The position numbers were made by a program, and so were the translations under genes. A stretch of DNA of 36,689 nucleotides from a virus (taxonomy: Duplodnaviria > Caudoviricetes), in IMG/VR virus record IMGVR_UViG_3300025610_000069, positions 1-36,689 of that record. One strand, written 5' to 3'. The notes under the pieces were generated by a model. The model saw nothing but the letters and a program-made list of their open reading frames with translations, made no database searches and was not told the origin of the DNA. Below are positions 6,576 to 16,162 of the stretch, in pieces. Positions within the stretch are counted from its first letter, which is position 1; every line of letters starts with the position of its first letter.

Positions 6576-8944
6576 TGTCAATAATCCAAGGCAACTCTAA
6601 ATCGTCTGCGGCTGGCGGTTACACCATCGACCAGTCGATCCGGTTTAATGACGATGATTCTGCTTATTTAGAATGGTCTGGTTACAGCGGATCACCGACG
6701 AGCGGCACTGATTGCACTTTTTCATTTTGGGTAAAGCGTTGCAAATTAGGCGCTACGCAAGTCTGTATCTACGGCGGCGATGCAAGCGGCTCGACCTATG
6801 AGGGCATACGGTTTGACTCTGACGACCAGTTTCGAGTTTTCCAAGCAAGCAGTGCCTACGACATAATTACAAGTCAAGTTTTTCGGGACGTTTCGGCGTG
6901 GAGTCATTTTGTAGTTGCTTTTGATACAGATAACGGCACCGCTGCTGACAGAATTAAAATCTATCACAACGGATCAAGGATCACTGATTTCAGTCTGGAA
7001 ACAAACCCGTCATCTGGATATGTCACAAACTTCAACACGGGTGGTGCTGGTGAGGCAATTCAGGTTGGTCGAGAAGGAGGTAATTCACAATTTCTTGACG
7101 GCTATCTAGCCGAAATTAACTTTGTAGACGGCCAAGCACTAGACCCAACCAGCTTCGGTGAAACCAACGCTGACACCGGACAGTGGGTGCCGGTGCGTTA
7201 CACTGGCTCTTATGGAATAAACGGCTATTACATCACAGGCGCTGACAGTGCTGATCTAGGTGCTGACGACAGCGGCAACGGCAACGACTTTACCAGCAGT
7301 GGCTTGACTGCGGCTGATCAGACGTTGGATACGCCGACTGATAATTACGCTACGCTTAATCCTCTTCTTAAACACAGCAGTGTAACCCTTGCGGATGGAA
7401 ACCTAGAAGCCTCTGCCGGCACAAACGGCTGGTTTGGTTCTATTGGTACGGTAGGTATTAAGCTTGGCGATAAGGTTTATTTTGAGGGTAAATGCCTGAC
7501 CAACACTCGTCTTTATTTTGGCCTGTCCCGTGTAAACGGCAGTGGCGGAACGATCAGACCAGAAAGCGACAGTACCTTTGAGGGTGGACAAAGCGACACA
7601 GATTATATGTGGCGTGTCACCGATGCCAACACAGTTTATTACCAGACCACAAACCAAAGCGTTACGGTTTCGGCAGTAGCAGTAAATGATATTGTTGGCT
7701 GTTCAGTTGATACTGATGGCACGGTAAAGTTCTATAAGAACGGAACGGAAATACACTCTTTTTCGACGACGCTAGTTGCCGGTGATACGTATATGCCGGT
7801 GTATAGCGTAAACGGTGCTACCAGTACCGAAAAATGGGAAGCACGATTTGGCTCAACCGGCATATCGCATCAGCCCACAGGATTTAGCTTGCTGCGAACA
7901 TCCGATATGGACGACCCAACCATTGCCGATCCTTCGGCGTACTTCCAAATTTCTCTTTGGAATGGCAACGGTTCGACGCAGACTATTACTCAAGATGGCA
8001 ATAGTACGTTTCAGCCCGGATGGATTTGGTCGAAAGGCAGAAATAACTTACAAGAGCATGTTGTTTTTGACGAAGTGCGTGGCACTACTAAATATCTTAA
8101 AGTTTCTCCCGCTGGAACAGAAGGTACACAATCAGGTGTTACCGCATTCAACTCCGATGGATTTGATTTAGGTTCGTGGGCTGTCACAAACGGCAGCGGT
8201 CAAACGCACGTTGGGTGGCAGTGGAAAGCTGGTGGCACCAGCGGCAGCAGCAACACTGATGGCAGCATCACGTCAACGGTGTCGGCTGATACGACAAGTG
8301 GCTTCAGTATTGCTACATACACAGGAAACGCTACGGTTGGTGCTACAGTCGGACATGGTCTAGGTGTTGCGCCAAAAATGGTTATAGTTAAAAGCCGTTC
8401 GAATAGTGAAAACTGGGTTGTTGGTCACGACAGCATGGGCTGGACTAAGGGGATTTATTTGAATTCTACTTCAGCACCATTTACCTTAGACATTTACTGG
8501 AATAACACCGCACCTACTTCTTCTGTTGTTGAATTACATGACCATGTAACCACAAATGGTAGTGGCTATACATATGTAATGTATTCGTTTGCAGAAGTAG
8601 AAGGCTTTAGCAAATTCGGCAGCTACACCGGCAATGGTTCCACTAATGGTGCATTTATTTATACAGGTTTCAAACCTGCTTTTGTCTTATGGAAACAATA
8701 CACAAATCTAGGAACAAATTCTTGGGGCATTAGAGACTCGGCCCGTGATCCATATAATGTAGTCGAGTCGGTGCTTAGACCCGACACCTCCGCTGCGGAA
8801 ACGACAGCATCAAGTGCTTATGCCGATTTTCTTTCAAATGGTTTCAAGCTACGAGCAACTGACGGCTTCGTAAATAAAGCATCATCAAATTATCTATACA
8901 TGGCATTTGCCGAATCACCGTTCAAAACAGCAACTGCCCGATAG
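6575..8944 (+). CDS. Receptor-binding/fibre protein with LamG (ConA-like) and SPRY-like domains
   Basis: TFSFWVKR...WSHFVVAFD...GYLAEINFVDG (LamG-like); YFEG...DIVGCSVD..GTVKFYKNG (SPRY-like); repeated YTGNG modules. Confidence 0.75.
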   Translation: MSIIQGNSKSSAAGGYTIDQSIRFNDDDSAYLEWSGYSGSPTSGTDCTFSFWVKRCKLGATQVCIYGGDASGSTYEGIRFDSDDQFRVFQASSAYDIITSQVFRDVSAWSHFVVAFDTDNGTAADRIKIYHNGSRITDFSLETNPSSGYVTNFNTGGAGEAIQVGREGGNSQFLDGYLAEINFVDGQALDPTSFGETNADTGQWVPVRYTGSYGINGYYITGADSADLGADDSGNGNDFTSSGLTAADQTLDTPTDNYATLNPLLKHSSVTLADGNLEASAGTNGWFGSIGTVGIKLGDKVYFEGKCLTNTRLYFGLSRVNGSGGTIRPESDSTFEGGQSDTDYMWRVTDANTVYYQTTNQSVTVSAVAVNDIVGCSVDTDGTVKFYKNGTEIHSFSTTLVAGDTYMPVYSVNGATSTEKWEARFGSTGISHQPTGFSLLRTSDMDDPTIADPSAYFQISLWNGNGSTQTITQDGNSTFQPGWIWSKGRNNLQEHVVFDEVRGTTKYLKVSPAGTEGTQSGVTAFNSDGFDLGSWAVTNGSGQTHVGWQWKAGGTSGSSNTDGSITSTVSADTTSGFSIATYTGNATVGATVGHGLGVAPKMVIVKSRSNSENWVVGHDSMGWTKGIYLNSTSAPFTLDIYWNNTAPTSSVVELHDHVTTNGSGYTYVMYSFAEVEGFSKFGSYTGNGSTNGAFIYTGFKPAFVLWKQYTNLGTNSWGIRDSARDPYNVVESVLRPDTSAAETTASSAYADFLSNGFKLRATDGFVNKASSNYLYMAFAESPFKTATAR

Positions 8945-8953
8945 GAGGCACAC

Positions 8954-9520
8954 ATGACGACAATCTATAAATGCTGCCACGGGCAGACAATCCGACCGGG
9001 CAAGGCGTGGACCGATCAGACCGGCGTGACGCATCCGGCAAGCTGGCACACGTACAGCGCAGAGCGGAAAGCAGAGCTTGGTATTACCGAGATAGTGCAG
9101 CAACCTGCGCCGGATAGCCGGTTGTACAACTGGAGTTACAACGACGACGGCACGGTCAACAGCACGGCTAAGTCGCTGGACGACGTAAACGAAGTCGATG
9201 AGAACGGCGATCCGATCATGGAAGACGGCGTTCAGGTCGTTACCAAGGGCGTCAAGTCGAACCTGATTGCAGAAGTCAAAGCGCAACAGGGCGCACTGCT
9301 TGCCCAGACTGACTGGGCCGTGATCCGCAACGCTGACACTGGTGACGCAATCCCGGCGAACATTGCAACTTGGCGTGCAGCTATCCGGTCCAAGGCCACT
9401 GAGATGGAGACGGCTATCACTGCCGCCGCAGACACTGATGCGGTAGCTGCGTTGTTCGTCAGCTACGACGTTGATGGGAACAAGTCTGGCATCCTGTACG
9501 ACTGGCCTGAGCTTGATTGA
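8954..9520 (+). CDS. Putative fibre assembly chaperone / fibre-associated protein
   Basis: Follows the fibre genes; LLAQTDWAVIR...WRAAIR and terminal WP motif as in tail-fibre assembly proteins; AGGAGG RBS. Confidence 0.55.
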   Translation: MTTIYKCCHGQTIRPGKAWTDQTGVTHPASWHTYSAERKAELGITEIVQQPAPDSRLYNWSYNDDGTVNSTAKSLDDVNEVDENGDPIMEDGVQVVTKGVKSNLIAEVKAQQGALLAQTDWAVIRNADTGDAIPANIATWRAAIRSKATEMETAITAAADTDAVAALFVSYDVDGNKSGILYDWPELD

Positions 9521-9717
9521 TGTTTTATTATCTGTCCGTAATTCTGCTACCCCTGATGATGGCCAGTGGTTCTCAAGTAAGTGAAAAGTCAATGACCGGG
9601 CCGTTTGAAACAAAAGAACAGTGTGAACTCTATAAGCTCTCTATTGAAAACACTATAACACAAATGCCAAGCGTTGAGTTAATAAAGTCATCCTGTGAAC
9701 AAAACCTGGCAGTTTGA
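9520..9717 (+). CDS. Small hypothetical protein with hydrophobic N-terminus
   Basis: TGATG coupling; signal-like N-terminus, two Cys. Confidence 0.5.
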   Translation: MFYYLSVILLPLMMASGSQVSEKSMTGPFETKEQCELYKLSIENTITQMPSVELIKSSCEQNLAV

Positions 9718-9742
9718 CAAACCTTTGTAATCGTGCTATAAT
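9714..9742 (+). promoter_or_regulatory. Consensus sigma70 promoter with extended -10
   Basis: TTGACA (9714-9719), 17 bp, TATAAT (9737-9742), preceded by TGn. Confidence 0.85.
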
Positions 9743-9760
9743 AGGAAAAGGAAGTGAAAG

Positions 9761-10249
9761 ATGACGGTAGAATCCGCCAGCTATATTAGCCAGCTTAACA
9801 CGGCATACCCGGCAGCTGGCGATAACATCTCCGAAGGAGACGATCATCTCAGGCTAATCAAGTCTGTCCTACAGACCCAGTTTCCTAATCTGTCTACCAC
9901 AGCTGTAAACCCTACTGCTGCACAGATGAACAAGCTGGGCTTCCAGACCGGCAGTGTTTTGATGTACGCCTCTAATACCATTCCTACCACCCAGACCATC
10001 AGCGGTCTTAACGACTTTTTGCTATGCGACGGTAGCTCATATTCTACCACAACGTATTCAGATTTGTACGCCGTGATAGGCACCACCTTTGGCGGATCAG
10101 GTTCTAACTTTAACGTACCGGATTATCGCACATATTTTCCCGTAGGTGTGGGTGGCAGCTTTGTGCTAGGAACAGCGGTGAGCGCAAGCGCAGCCACTGG
10201 TACAGACACCCTGAAGGTTCAGCCAATTAACTTTATCATAAAGAGCTAA
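9761..10249 (+). CDS. Tail-collar domain protein
   Basis: GSVLMYA...FLLCDGSSYS...YSDLYAVIGTTFGG...FNVPDYR matches the phage tail collar motif. Confidence 0.8.
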   Translation: MTVESASYISQLNTAYPAAGDNISEGDDHLRLIKSVLQTQFPNLSTTAVNPTAAQMNKLGFQTGSVLMYASNTIPTTQTISGLNDFLLCDGSSYSTTTYSDLYAVIGTTFGGSGSNFNVPDYRTYFPVGVGGSFVLGTAVSASAATGTDTLKVQPINFIIKS

Positions 10250-10250
10250 C

Positions 10251-10502
10251 ATGGCAATCAACTACAGAGGCGAGCGGTTCTCAGGATATAACAAGCCAAA
10301 GAGGACTCCGGGCAAATCCAAGAAGTTTGCCGTGCTTGCAAAGCAGGGAGACAAAGTCAGGCTGGTCAGGTTCGGTGATCCGAATATGTCTATCAAGAAG
10401 GACCAGCCAAAACGTCGCAAGAGTTTCAGGGCTAGGCACAAATGTGACACCAGCCCGCCTAGTAAACTAACCGCAAGATATTGGTCTTGCAAAAAATGGT
10501 AG
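10251..10502 (+). CDS. Small basic phage protein
   Basis: KVRLVRFGDPNM...RKSFRARHKC...ARYWSCKKW, a motif I recall from marine phages; function unknown. Confidence 0.7.
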   Translation: MAINYRGERFSGYNKPKRTPGKSKKFAVLAKQGDKVRLVRFGDPNMSIKKDQPKRRKSFRARHKCDTSPPSKLTARYWSCKKW

Positions 10503-10510
10503 GAGACACC

Positions 10511-10582
10511 ATGCCTTACAAAGAACCTTATAAGCAGAAACCCAAACCAAAGAAAAATAAAAAAGGTGGAAACCGTTACTGA
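10511..10582 (+). CDS. 23-aa basic micropeptide MPYKEPYKQKPKPKKNKKGGNRY
   Basis: AGGAG RBS at 10501-10505; TGATG coupling to the next gene; fills the gap exactly. Confidence 0.55.
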   Translation: MPYKEPYKQKPKPKKNKKGGNRY

Positions 10583-10806
10583 TGGACTCTAGAGAAAGAG
10601 CCAACCAAGCTAGTGCAATTTTGAACAACCCTGTATTCAAAGACACACTAGAACGAATCAGCAATGACTTGATCTCTCAATGGGGCATAGCTGACACTAC
10701 ACAAGAGAGAGAACTATGTTGGATGAAACTTAATGCTTTGCGTTCCATACAGGAAGACCTTGAAGCAACCATCCATAGCGACAAAATTGAAAACACAGAA
10801 AGGTAA
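10582..10806 (+). CDS. Hypothetical protein preceding scaffold
   Basis: 74-aa helical ORF, translationally coupled. Confidence 0.65.
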   Translation: MDSRERANQASAILNNPVFKDTLERISNDLISQWGIADTTQERELCWMKLNALRSIQEDLEATIHSDKIENTER

Positions 10807-10811
10807 ACAAA

Positions 10812-11792
10812 ATGAGTGAGGCACAGACCAATCCCGAAGGGGAAGTCGAACAGCCAAAGCTTAACATGTTCGATGTCATGTTTGGAAGTGAGGAGACCAC
10901 CAATCCAGAACAAGCAGTCGAAGAATCTGACGATACGGGAGAGGAGTACGAAGTCGCCGAAGCTGAAACCTTTGATGAGGAAGAAGCGGAGGAAGCTCTC
11001 GAATCTGACGAAGTAGAGTACGAGGTAGAAGAACCGGATGCCCAGACGGACACCGCATACACTGTCAAAATCGACGGTGAAGAATTTGAGGTTACTCTTG
11101 ACGAGCTACGGAACGGATACCAGCGGCAAGCGGACTATACCCGTAAGTCGCAGTCTTTAGCGGAACAGCGTAAAGCCTACGAAGCCAATCTACAGGCCGT
11201 TCAAGCAGAGCGTAATCAGTATGCGCAGGTGCTTGAAAGCATGTCAGCTAATCAGAATGCTGAACTACAGCGTTATGAAAACATTAACTGGCAGGAACTC
11301 AAAGACAGTGACCCCATGGAATACATGGAGAAACGGTTAGAGTACCAAGAGGCCAAGGAAAAGATTTCTGAACTGAACAACGAGCGTTATCGGGTTCAGC
11401 AGCAGAACGAAGCAGAAATGGCCAGTGTGCTACAGGAAAAAATTCAGAACGAAGCTGAACTTCTTGTTAAACAATTGCCAGAGTACGCCGATCCTAATTC
11501 TACTCTGAAGAACGACCTGCGCAACTATGGGCTAGGTCTGGGCTTTTCAGAGCAGGAGATAGATGGCATCACCGATCACCGGGTCGTCATGGTTCTACAC
11601 AAAGCCATGATGCAAGACCAGATGTCGAAAGGTGTTAAAAGGGCCAAACCAGTTCCCAAGGTTGTTAAGTCTGGTACACCGCAGACCAAAGCTCAGAAAG
11701 CTAAAAAGTCTGTGCAGGCTAAACGAGAAAGACTAGCGAAAACAGGTAGTGCACGTGATGCTGCGGATGTTTTTCTGGACTTAATCTCATAA
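10812..11792 (+). CDS. Capsid scaffolding protein
   Basis: Very acidic N-terminus, YTVKIDGEEFEVTLDELRNGYQRQADYTRK motif, basic C-terminus; immediately before MCP. Confidence 0.85.
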   Translation: MSEAQTNPEGEVEQPKLNMFDVMFGSEETTNPEQAVEESDDTGEEYEVAEAETFDEEEAEEALESDEVEYEVEEPDAQTDTAYTVKIDGEEFEVTLDELRNGYQRQADYTRKSQSLAEQRKAYEANLQAVQAERNQYAQVLESMSANQNAELQRYENINWQELKDSDPMEYMEKRLEYQEAKEKISELNNERYRVQQQNEAEMASVLQEKIQNEAELLVKQLPEYADPNSTLKNDLRNYGLGLGFSEQEIDGITDHRVVMVLHKAMMQDQMSKGVKRAKPVPKVVKSGTPQTKAQKAKKSVQAKRERLAKTGSARDAADVFLDLIS

Positions 11793-11813
11793 CCCTATAA
11801 GGAGGGACTACAC

Positions 11814-12773
11814 ATGGCACAGCCTACTGGTGTTTACGTCACCTTCTCCTCTGCCGGTCTTCGCGAAGACTTGGAGAATGTGATCTACGATATCTCGCCG
11901 ACTGATACGCCGTTCATGTCAATGGGCGGTCGCATGGACGCGATTGCAGTCAACCACGAATGGCAGACGGATGCTCTTGCGTCGGCTGCTGACAACTTTA
12001 ACGAAGAGGGCGCGACTCTTACGGCTGCTGAACCAGCTGCTACGACTCGCGTTGGCAACATCTGCCAGATCAGCCTGAAAACCACGCTGGTCTCCGGTAC
12101 TCTTGACGCCGTTAGCAAAGCGGGTCGTCGGGAAGAACTGGCGTATCAGATGTCCAAGCGTTCCAAGGAACTGAAGCGTGACATGGAACGTGCGATGGTT
12201 GGTGTTAATCAGTCCAAAACTGCTATGGCCGCTGACAGCACCGTGCGTAAACTCGGCTCGCTGAGTTCGTGGGTCACGACCAATGCTAGCGTCGGAAGCG
12301 GCGGCACGGCAGCTGGGGCTGGCGGTAATGGTACTGCTCGTACTGACGGTACTGCACGTACCTTTACTGAAACTCTGTTGAAAGCGTCGATCCTGTCCGC
12401 TTACGACGAAGGCGCTGACATCAAGTATCTGATGATGGCTCCTTCGCAGAAGCAGACTTTCTCCAGCTTCGTTGGTGTTGGTGGAGCGTCGGGCGTTAGC
12501 AACTTCAACGACGTTGCTGACCAGCGCATCATTGGCGGCATGGACGTGTACGTCAGCGATTTCGGTGAGATGGCGGTTGTTCCTAACCGCTTCCAGCGTT
12601 CTCGCGATGTATGGCTTCTCGATCCGGAATACTACGGCGTGGCTTATCTGCGTCCGTTCTTCCAGCGCGAAGTTGCCAGCACGTCTGACGGCGAACAGCG
12701 TGCGATCATCGCCGAGTACACTCTCGTTTGTAAGAACGAGAAGGCGCTCGGTGCGGTCTACGATCTGTCGTAA
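11814..12773 (+). CDS. Major capsid protein
   Basis: GLREDLENVIYDISPTDTPF...HEWQTD...N.CQI...ELKRDME...EYTL motifs (DUF5309-like capsid); strong AAGGAGG RBS; biased codon usage. Confidence 0.9.
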   Translation: MAQPTGVYVTFSSAGLREDLENVIYDISPTDTPFMSMGGRMDAIAVNHEWQTDALASAADNFNEEGATLTAAEPAATTRVGNICQISLKTTLVSGTLDAVSKAGRREELAYQMSKRSKELKRDMERAMVGVNQSKTAMAADSTVRKLGSLSSWVTTNASVGSGGTAAGAGGNGTARTDGTARTFTETLLKASILSAYDEGADIKYLMMAPSQKQTFSSFVGVGGASGVSNFNDVADQRIIGGMDVYVSDFGEMAVVPNRFQRSRDVWLLDPEYYGVAYLRPFFQREVASTSDGEQRAIIAEYTLVCKNEKALGAVYDLS

Positions 12774-12780
12774 GCCACAA

Positions 12781-12810
12781 GGGGGAGGGCCACGTGCTCT
12801 CCCCCATTCT
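12781..12810 (+). terminator. Hairpin after the capsid gene (probable leaky intrinsic terminator)
   Basis: GGGGGAGGGC-CACGT-GCTCTCCCCC followed by ATTCT (weak U-tract). Confidence 0.65.
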
Positions 12811-12824
12811 AACAAGAGGTTATC

Positions 12825-13133
12825 ATGAACGACCCTATTAAAACCAAGTTTCGCTACGACCACAATGAAGACAAGGTTATCCTCCAGAATGTGCAGGACG
12901 TTGAGCCTCTGCTGGAACTTAACAAGAAAGAGATGAACGGCGACTCCATGTACGGCATCGGAGAAAACGCTGCCGGTATGCGAAAGGTTGCCAGCATTCC
13001 GTTGGTTGTCATTGAGAAATGGAAGCGTGAACTTGGCGTCGATATCATGAACAAGAATGACTGGCCCAAGATTAAACAACTGCTGAACGATCCTGAGAAC
13101 AGGTTCCTTCGCACACATGAGAGCCATCTGTAA
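12825..13133 (+). CDS. Hypothetical virion-module protein
   Basis: 102 aa with GAGG RBS, directly after MCP; RKVASIP...WK...LNDPENRFLRT. Confidence 0.65.
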   Translation: MNDPIKTKFRYDHNEDKVILQNVQDVEPLLELNKKEMNGDSMYGIGENAAGMRKVASIPLVVIEKWKRELGVDIMNKNDWPKIKQLLNDPENRFLRTHESHL

Positions 13134-13783
13134 TGAGCCTTTCAACGTACTCAGAGCTGAAGACCAGCGTAGCCAACTACCTGAACAGGGAAGACCTTAC
13201 CGATGTCATTCCTGATTTCATCACGCTTACTGAGAACCGTTTGAACAGGGAACTGCGCATCCGTGCAAACGTGACTAGGGCGCAGACAACTACCACGTCT
13301 GGTACAGCCTTCTATGATCTACCAGACGATCTGATTGAGCTACGGAACATAACCTATGACACCACGTCTTCCAGCTATGCTCTGTCTTATCTATCTCCTG
13401 AATCGCTCAGCAGAGAGTATGGCACAACGTCCAGTGGTTTTCCACGGGCCTATACTAACATTGGAAAGACGTTTAAGCTCTCGCCAACTCCAGATGCTGC
13501 ATATACTGTAAGCATCAACTACTTTGGCAAACTGAACCCACTGTCTGACAGTGTGACCACCAATAACATCTTGGCAGAGTTTCCTGATCTGTATCTGTTT
13601 GGTTCTTGCATGGAAGGTGCCATTTATCTGAACGACACAGAGCAGCTACAGCGATTTGGTGGCATCTTTCAGAAAGCCATGGACGATATCAAGAAGTCTG
13701 AAGACTCTGCCCGGTACGGTGGCACGGTGATGACCATGAGCGTACAGGGCGATCCCGGCTCGCTTGTGCGCAGGGGTGCCTAG
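13133..13783 (+). CDS. Head-tail adaptor / tail tubular protein A-like
   Basis: TYSELKTSVANYLNREDL...FITLTENRLNRELR...PTPD...PDLYLFGS; position after MCP. Confidence 0.7.
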   Translation: MSLSTYSELKTSVANYLNREDLTDVIPDFITLTENRLNRELRIRANVTRAQTTTTSGTAFYDLPDDLIELRNITYDTTSSSYALSYLSPESLSREYGTTSSGFPRAYTNIGKTFKLSPTPDAAYTVSINYFGKLNPLSDSVTTNNILAEFPDLYLFGSCMEGAIYLNDTEQLQRFGGIFQKAMDDIKKSEDSARYGGTVMTMSVQGDPGSLVRRGA

Positions 13784-13927
13784 ATGCCTACCAACTGGGT
13801 AATAGAAAACTTTTGTCTGGTTCAAGAAGAGGGTGGTAACATCCTGATGGAGGACAGTGACCTTGTGTCTCTGCAAGAGTTTGACTCCACCACATGGACT
13901 GAACAGACAGCAACTGGCGCTGGTTAA
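13784..13927 (+). CDS. 47-aa acidic protein MPTNWVIENFCLVQEEGGNILMEDSDLVSLQEFDSTTWTEQTATGAG
   Basis: Translated by hand; fills the gap between neighbours with TAATG coupling to the next gene. Confidence 0.65.
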   Translation: MPTNWVIENFCLVQEEGGNILMEDSDLVSLQEFDSTTWTEQTATGAG

Positions 13928-15498
13928 TGGCAAAAGAACTTTTCAACGTAGCAGCAACACCACAGAGCGGCTTTTCGCTGAACAAGGACTTGTCACCGTA
14001 TGACATGCCCCCTACGTTTTTCAGCGATGTTCAGAACGCTCGCTTTCTAGATGGCAAAGCTGGTAAGATACTTGGACACACTTCTGTCCTAGGTACTCCC
14101 ACCGCTGCTCCCTATTGGGCTATCAGCTGGCTACAGGGTACTACCAACCTGTGGATATATGGTGGCCTGACTGAGCTATATAAGATCAGCGGTGTTACGC
14201 ACAGCACTGTCACACGGTCAAGCGGGTCTTATACAACCCTTGCCGGAACAGAGAACAACTGGCAGGGCGGTGTACTAGGTGGCGTACTGGTCTGCACCAA
14301 CGGTCTAGACGTTCCCCAGAGCTTTACCCAAGCTGGCTCACTGTTTACTGATTTGCCTGACTGGCCGTCTACACTGCGTTGTAAGACAATTGTGCCATTT
14401 AGAAACCACTTGGTTGCACTGAACCTGACAGACAGCAGCGTTGAAAAACCGTTTACCATCCGGTGGAGCGATGCAATACCTGCCGGTGCAGCTACTAATG
14501 GTGCAAACACTTGGAACACTGCCAGCACAGCCAGTGAGTCAGCAGAGACTTCACTGACTGGTACCAAGGGCCACGTGCTCAATGGTCTTCAACTTGGCAA
14601 CGAGTTGATCATCTACAAAGAAGACAGCATCTACGGCATGAACTACGTGGGTGGTTCGTTCACGTTTAACATTCGCGAGAAGTTCAAAGACACTGGTCTG
14701 TTTGCCAAGAACGCTGTGATAGACCTTGGCGATGGCAGTCACGTGATGATGTCTACCAACGACGTGATGGTACATAACGGTAACTCTATCAGGAGTGTTA
14801 TTGACGACAAGGTCAAGACATTCTTGTTCTCCGAGATCGACTCCACGTACTACTACAAGACGTTCTTGGCACACAACAAGATCAGAAACGAAGTCTGGAT
14901 TTGCTTCCCACAGACGGGAGCTACTAATGGTTTCCCCAATGCTGCCCTGATCTGGAACTACAGAGAAAACACTTGGACCTTCCGTGACCTTCCTAATGTA
15001 AACTTCATTGCCAAGGGTCTGGTCAATCCTGCACTGACCAACACATGGACAGCATCAACCAGCACATGGGAAAACAGTACCTTAGCATGGGCGCAGCAGG
15101 AATACAACCCGGCCATTGACTCGCTGCTCATGTGCGGCACAAATGATACAAAGCTGTACTTGGCAGACAGTGGCACCACGTTTGATGGCACTAACTTTAT
15201 AACGCGACTAGAGCGAGTTGGTTTGTCGGCTGGCCGCACTGATGCAGTTAAGTCGATCACCCGTGTCTATCCTAGGATCGAAGGTACTGGCACGGTGAAC
15301 ATCAGCATTGGCTCTGAGCTACAACCGTTCCAAGGCGTGTCTTATAATGACCCGGTGGCGTTTGAGATAGGCACAGACTCAAAGGTAGACTGTAGGGTGC
15401 GTGGCAGGTACATGGCGATCAAGATTGAAAGTCAAGCTGCCAGCCAGTTCAGGTTGTCTGGCTACGCCGTAGAATCAGAGGTTGTGTCTGACCGATGA
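13927..15498 (+). CDS. Tail nozzle / DNA stabilisation protein (P22 gp10 / T7 gp12-like)
   Basis: 523-aa beta-rich protein (IRWSD, NEVWICFP, VRGRYMAIKI) in the canonical podovirus position. Confidence 0.7.
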   Translation: MAKELFNVAATPQSGFSLNKDLSPYDMPPTFFSDVQNARFLDGKAGKILGHTSVLGTPTAAPYWAISWLQGTTNLWIYGGLTELYKISGVTHSTVTRSSGSYTTLAGTENNWQGGVLGGVLVCTNGLDVPQSFTQAGSLFTDLPDWPSTLRCKTIVPFRNHLVALNLTDSSVEKPFTIRWSDAIPAGAATNGANTWNTASTASESAETSLTGTKGHVLNGLQLGNELIIYKEDSIYGMNYVGGSFTFNIREKFKDTGLFAKNAVIDLGDGSHVMMSTNDVMVHNGNSIRSVIDDKVKTFLFSEIDSTYYYKTFLAHNKIRNEVWICFPQTGATNGFPNAALIWNYRENTWTFRDLPNVNFIAKGLVNPALTNTWTASTSTWENSTLAWAQQEYNPAIDSLLMCGTNDTKLYLADSGTTFDGTNFITRLERVGLSAGRTDAVKSITRVYPRIEGTGTVNISIGSELQPFQGVSYNDPVAFEIGTDSKVDCRVRGRYMAIKIESQAASQFRLSGYAVESEVVSDR

Positions 15499-15755
15499 GC
15501 AGAGAGTTTCTACGGTTTGATCCAACGCTTGCGCCAAGTGATCCACAAGACCTTCCTCGTTTTCTGGACGAGATGTTTCAAGAAATCAGAACGGTCCTAG
15601 AGCTAGTAAGAGACGGACACCTAGACGTTCAGAACGTAGCGCCAACAAAACCACAACAGGGTGATATACGATATGCTGATGGCACTAACTGGGACCCCGG
15701 AAGCGGAGAAGGAATATACTTTTACAACGCCGCTGGAGCATGGACTAAGCTATAA
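15495..15755 (+). CDS. Hypothetical tail-module protein
   Basis: ATGA overlap; PTKPQQGDIRYADGTNWDPGSGEGIYFY. Confidence 0.65.
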   Translation: MSREFLRFDPTLAPSDPQDLPRFLDEMFQEIRTVLELVRDGHLDVQNVAPTKPQQGDIRYADGTNWDPGSGEGIYFYNAAGAWTKL

Positions 15756-16161
15756 GCTAGTAAATCACAACAGCCATCTGTTGATGAAGAAACTTGGAGA
15801 AGGTTTCGAACACATAGAAAAGTCAATAGTAAAAAGCAACTGCTCTGATCTGTATGACGCAGAGGACATTGTAAAAAGAGTTCTGAACAAACAAAGCGAC
15901 TTATGGGTATCCACGGACTCTGACAATAATACAAAGGGTGTTCTTGTCATAGGCTTTGGAGAGATGCCAAAGGGGCGCATAATCGGGGCAGAAGCTATGG
16001 GTGGTAAGTTTGATTTCAACGTGATCACACCTGTGATAGCAGACTACTACAAAAAACTAGGCTTTAAGTTCTTTGAGATGACAGGACGAAAAGGTTGGGA
16101 AAAGATAATGGAACCTCTTGGATACGAATTTAAGACGATAACACTGAGAAAGAAGCTGTAA
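15661..16161 (+). CDS. Putative GNAT-fold virion-assembly protein (true start probably near 15781-15784)
   Basis: C-terminal EMTGRKGWEKIMEPLGY resembles the GNAT-like proteins preceding ejection proteins in podoviruses; start uncertain. Confidence 0.5.
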   Translation: MIYDMLMALTGTPEAEKEYTFTTPLEHGLSYKLVNHNSHLLMKKLGEGFEHIEKSIVKSNCSDLYDAEDIVKRVLNKQSDLWVSTDSDNNTKGVLVIGFGEMPKGRIIGAEAMGGKFDFNVITPVIADYYKKLGFKFFEMTGRKGWEKIMEPLGYEFKTITLRKKL

Positions 16162-16162
16162 G

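Noticed and set aside
5526-8944. Diversity-generating retroelement or invertible fibre cassette
   Set aside because: No reverse transcriptase, recombinase or TR/VR repeat pair seen.
12472-12828. T7 10B-like frameshifted capsid extension
   Set aside because: The alternative frame ends only about 55 nt past the capsid stop, and I see no convincing slippery site.
11919-13145. 408-aa antisense ORF across the capsid gene
   Set aside because: Typical stop-free antisense frame of a highly biased gene; no RBS or domain signature.
13788-14006. 72-aa minus-strand ORF in the tail module
   Set aside because: The gap is better explained by the coupled + strand 47-aa ORF at 13784-13927.
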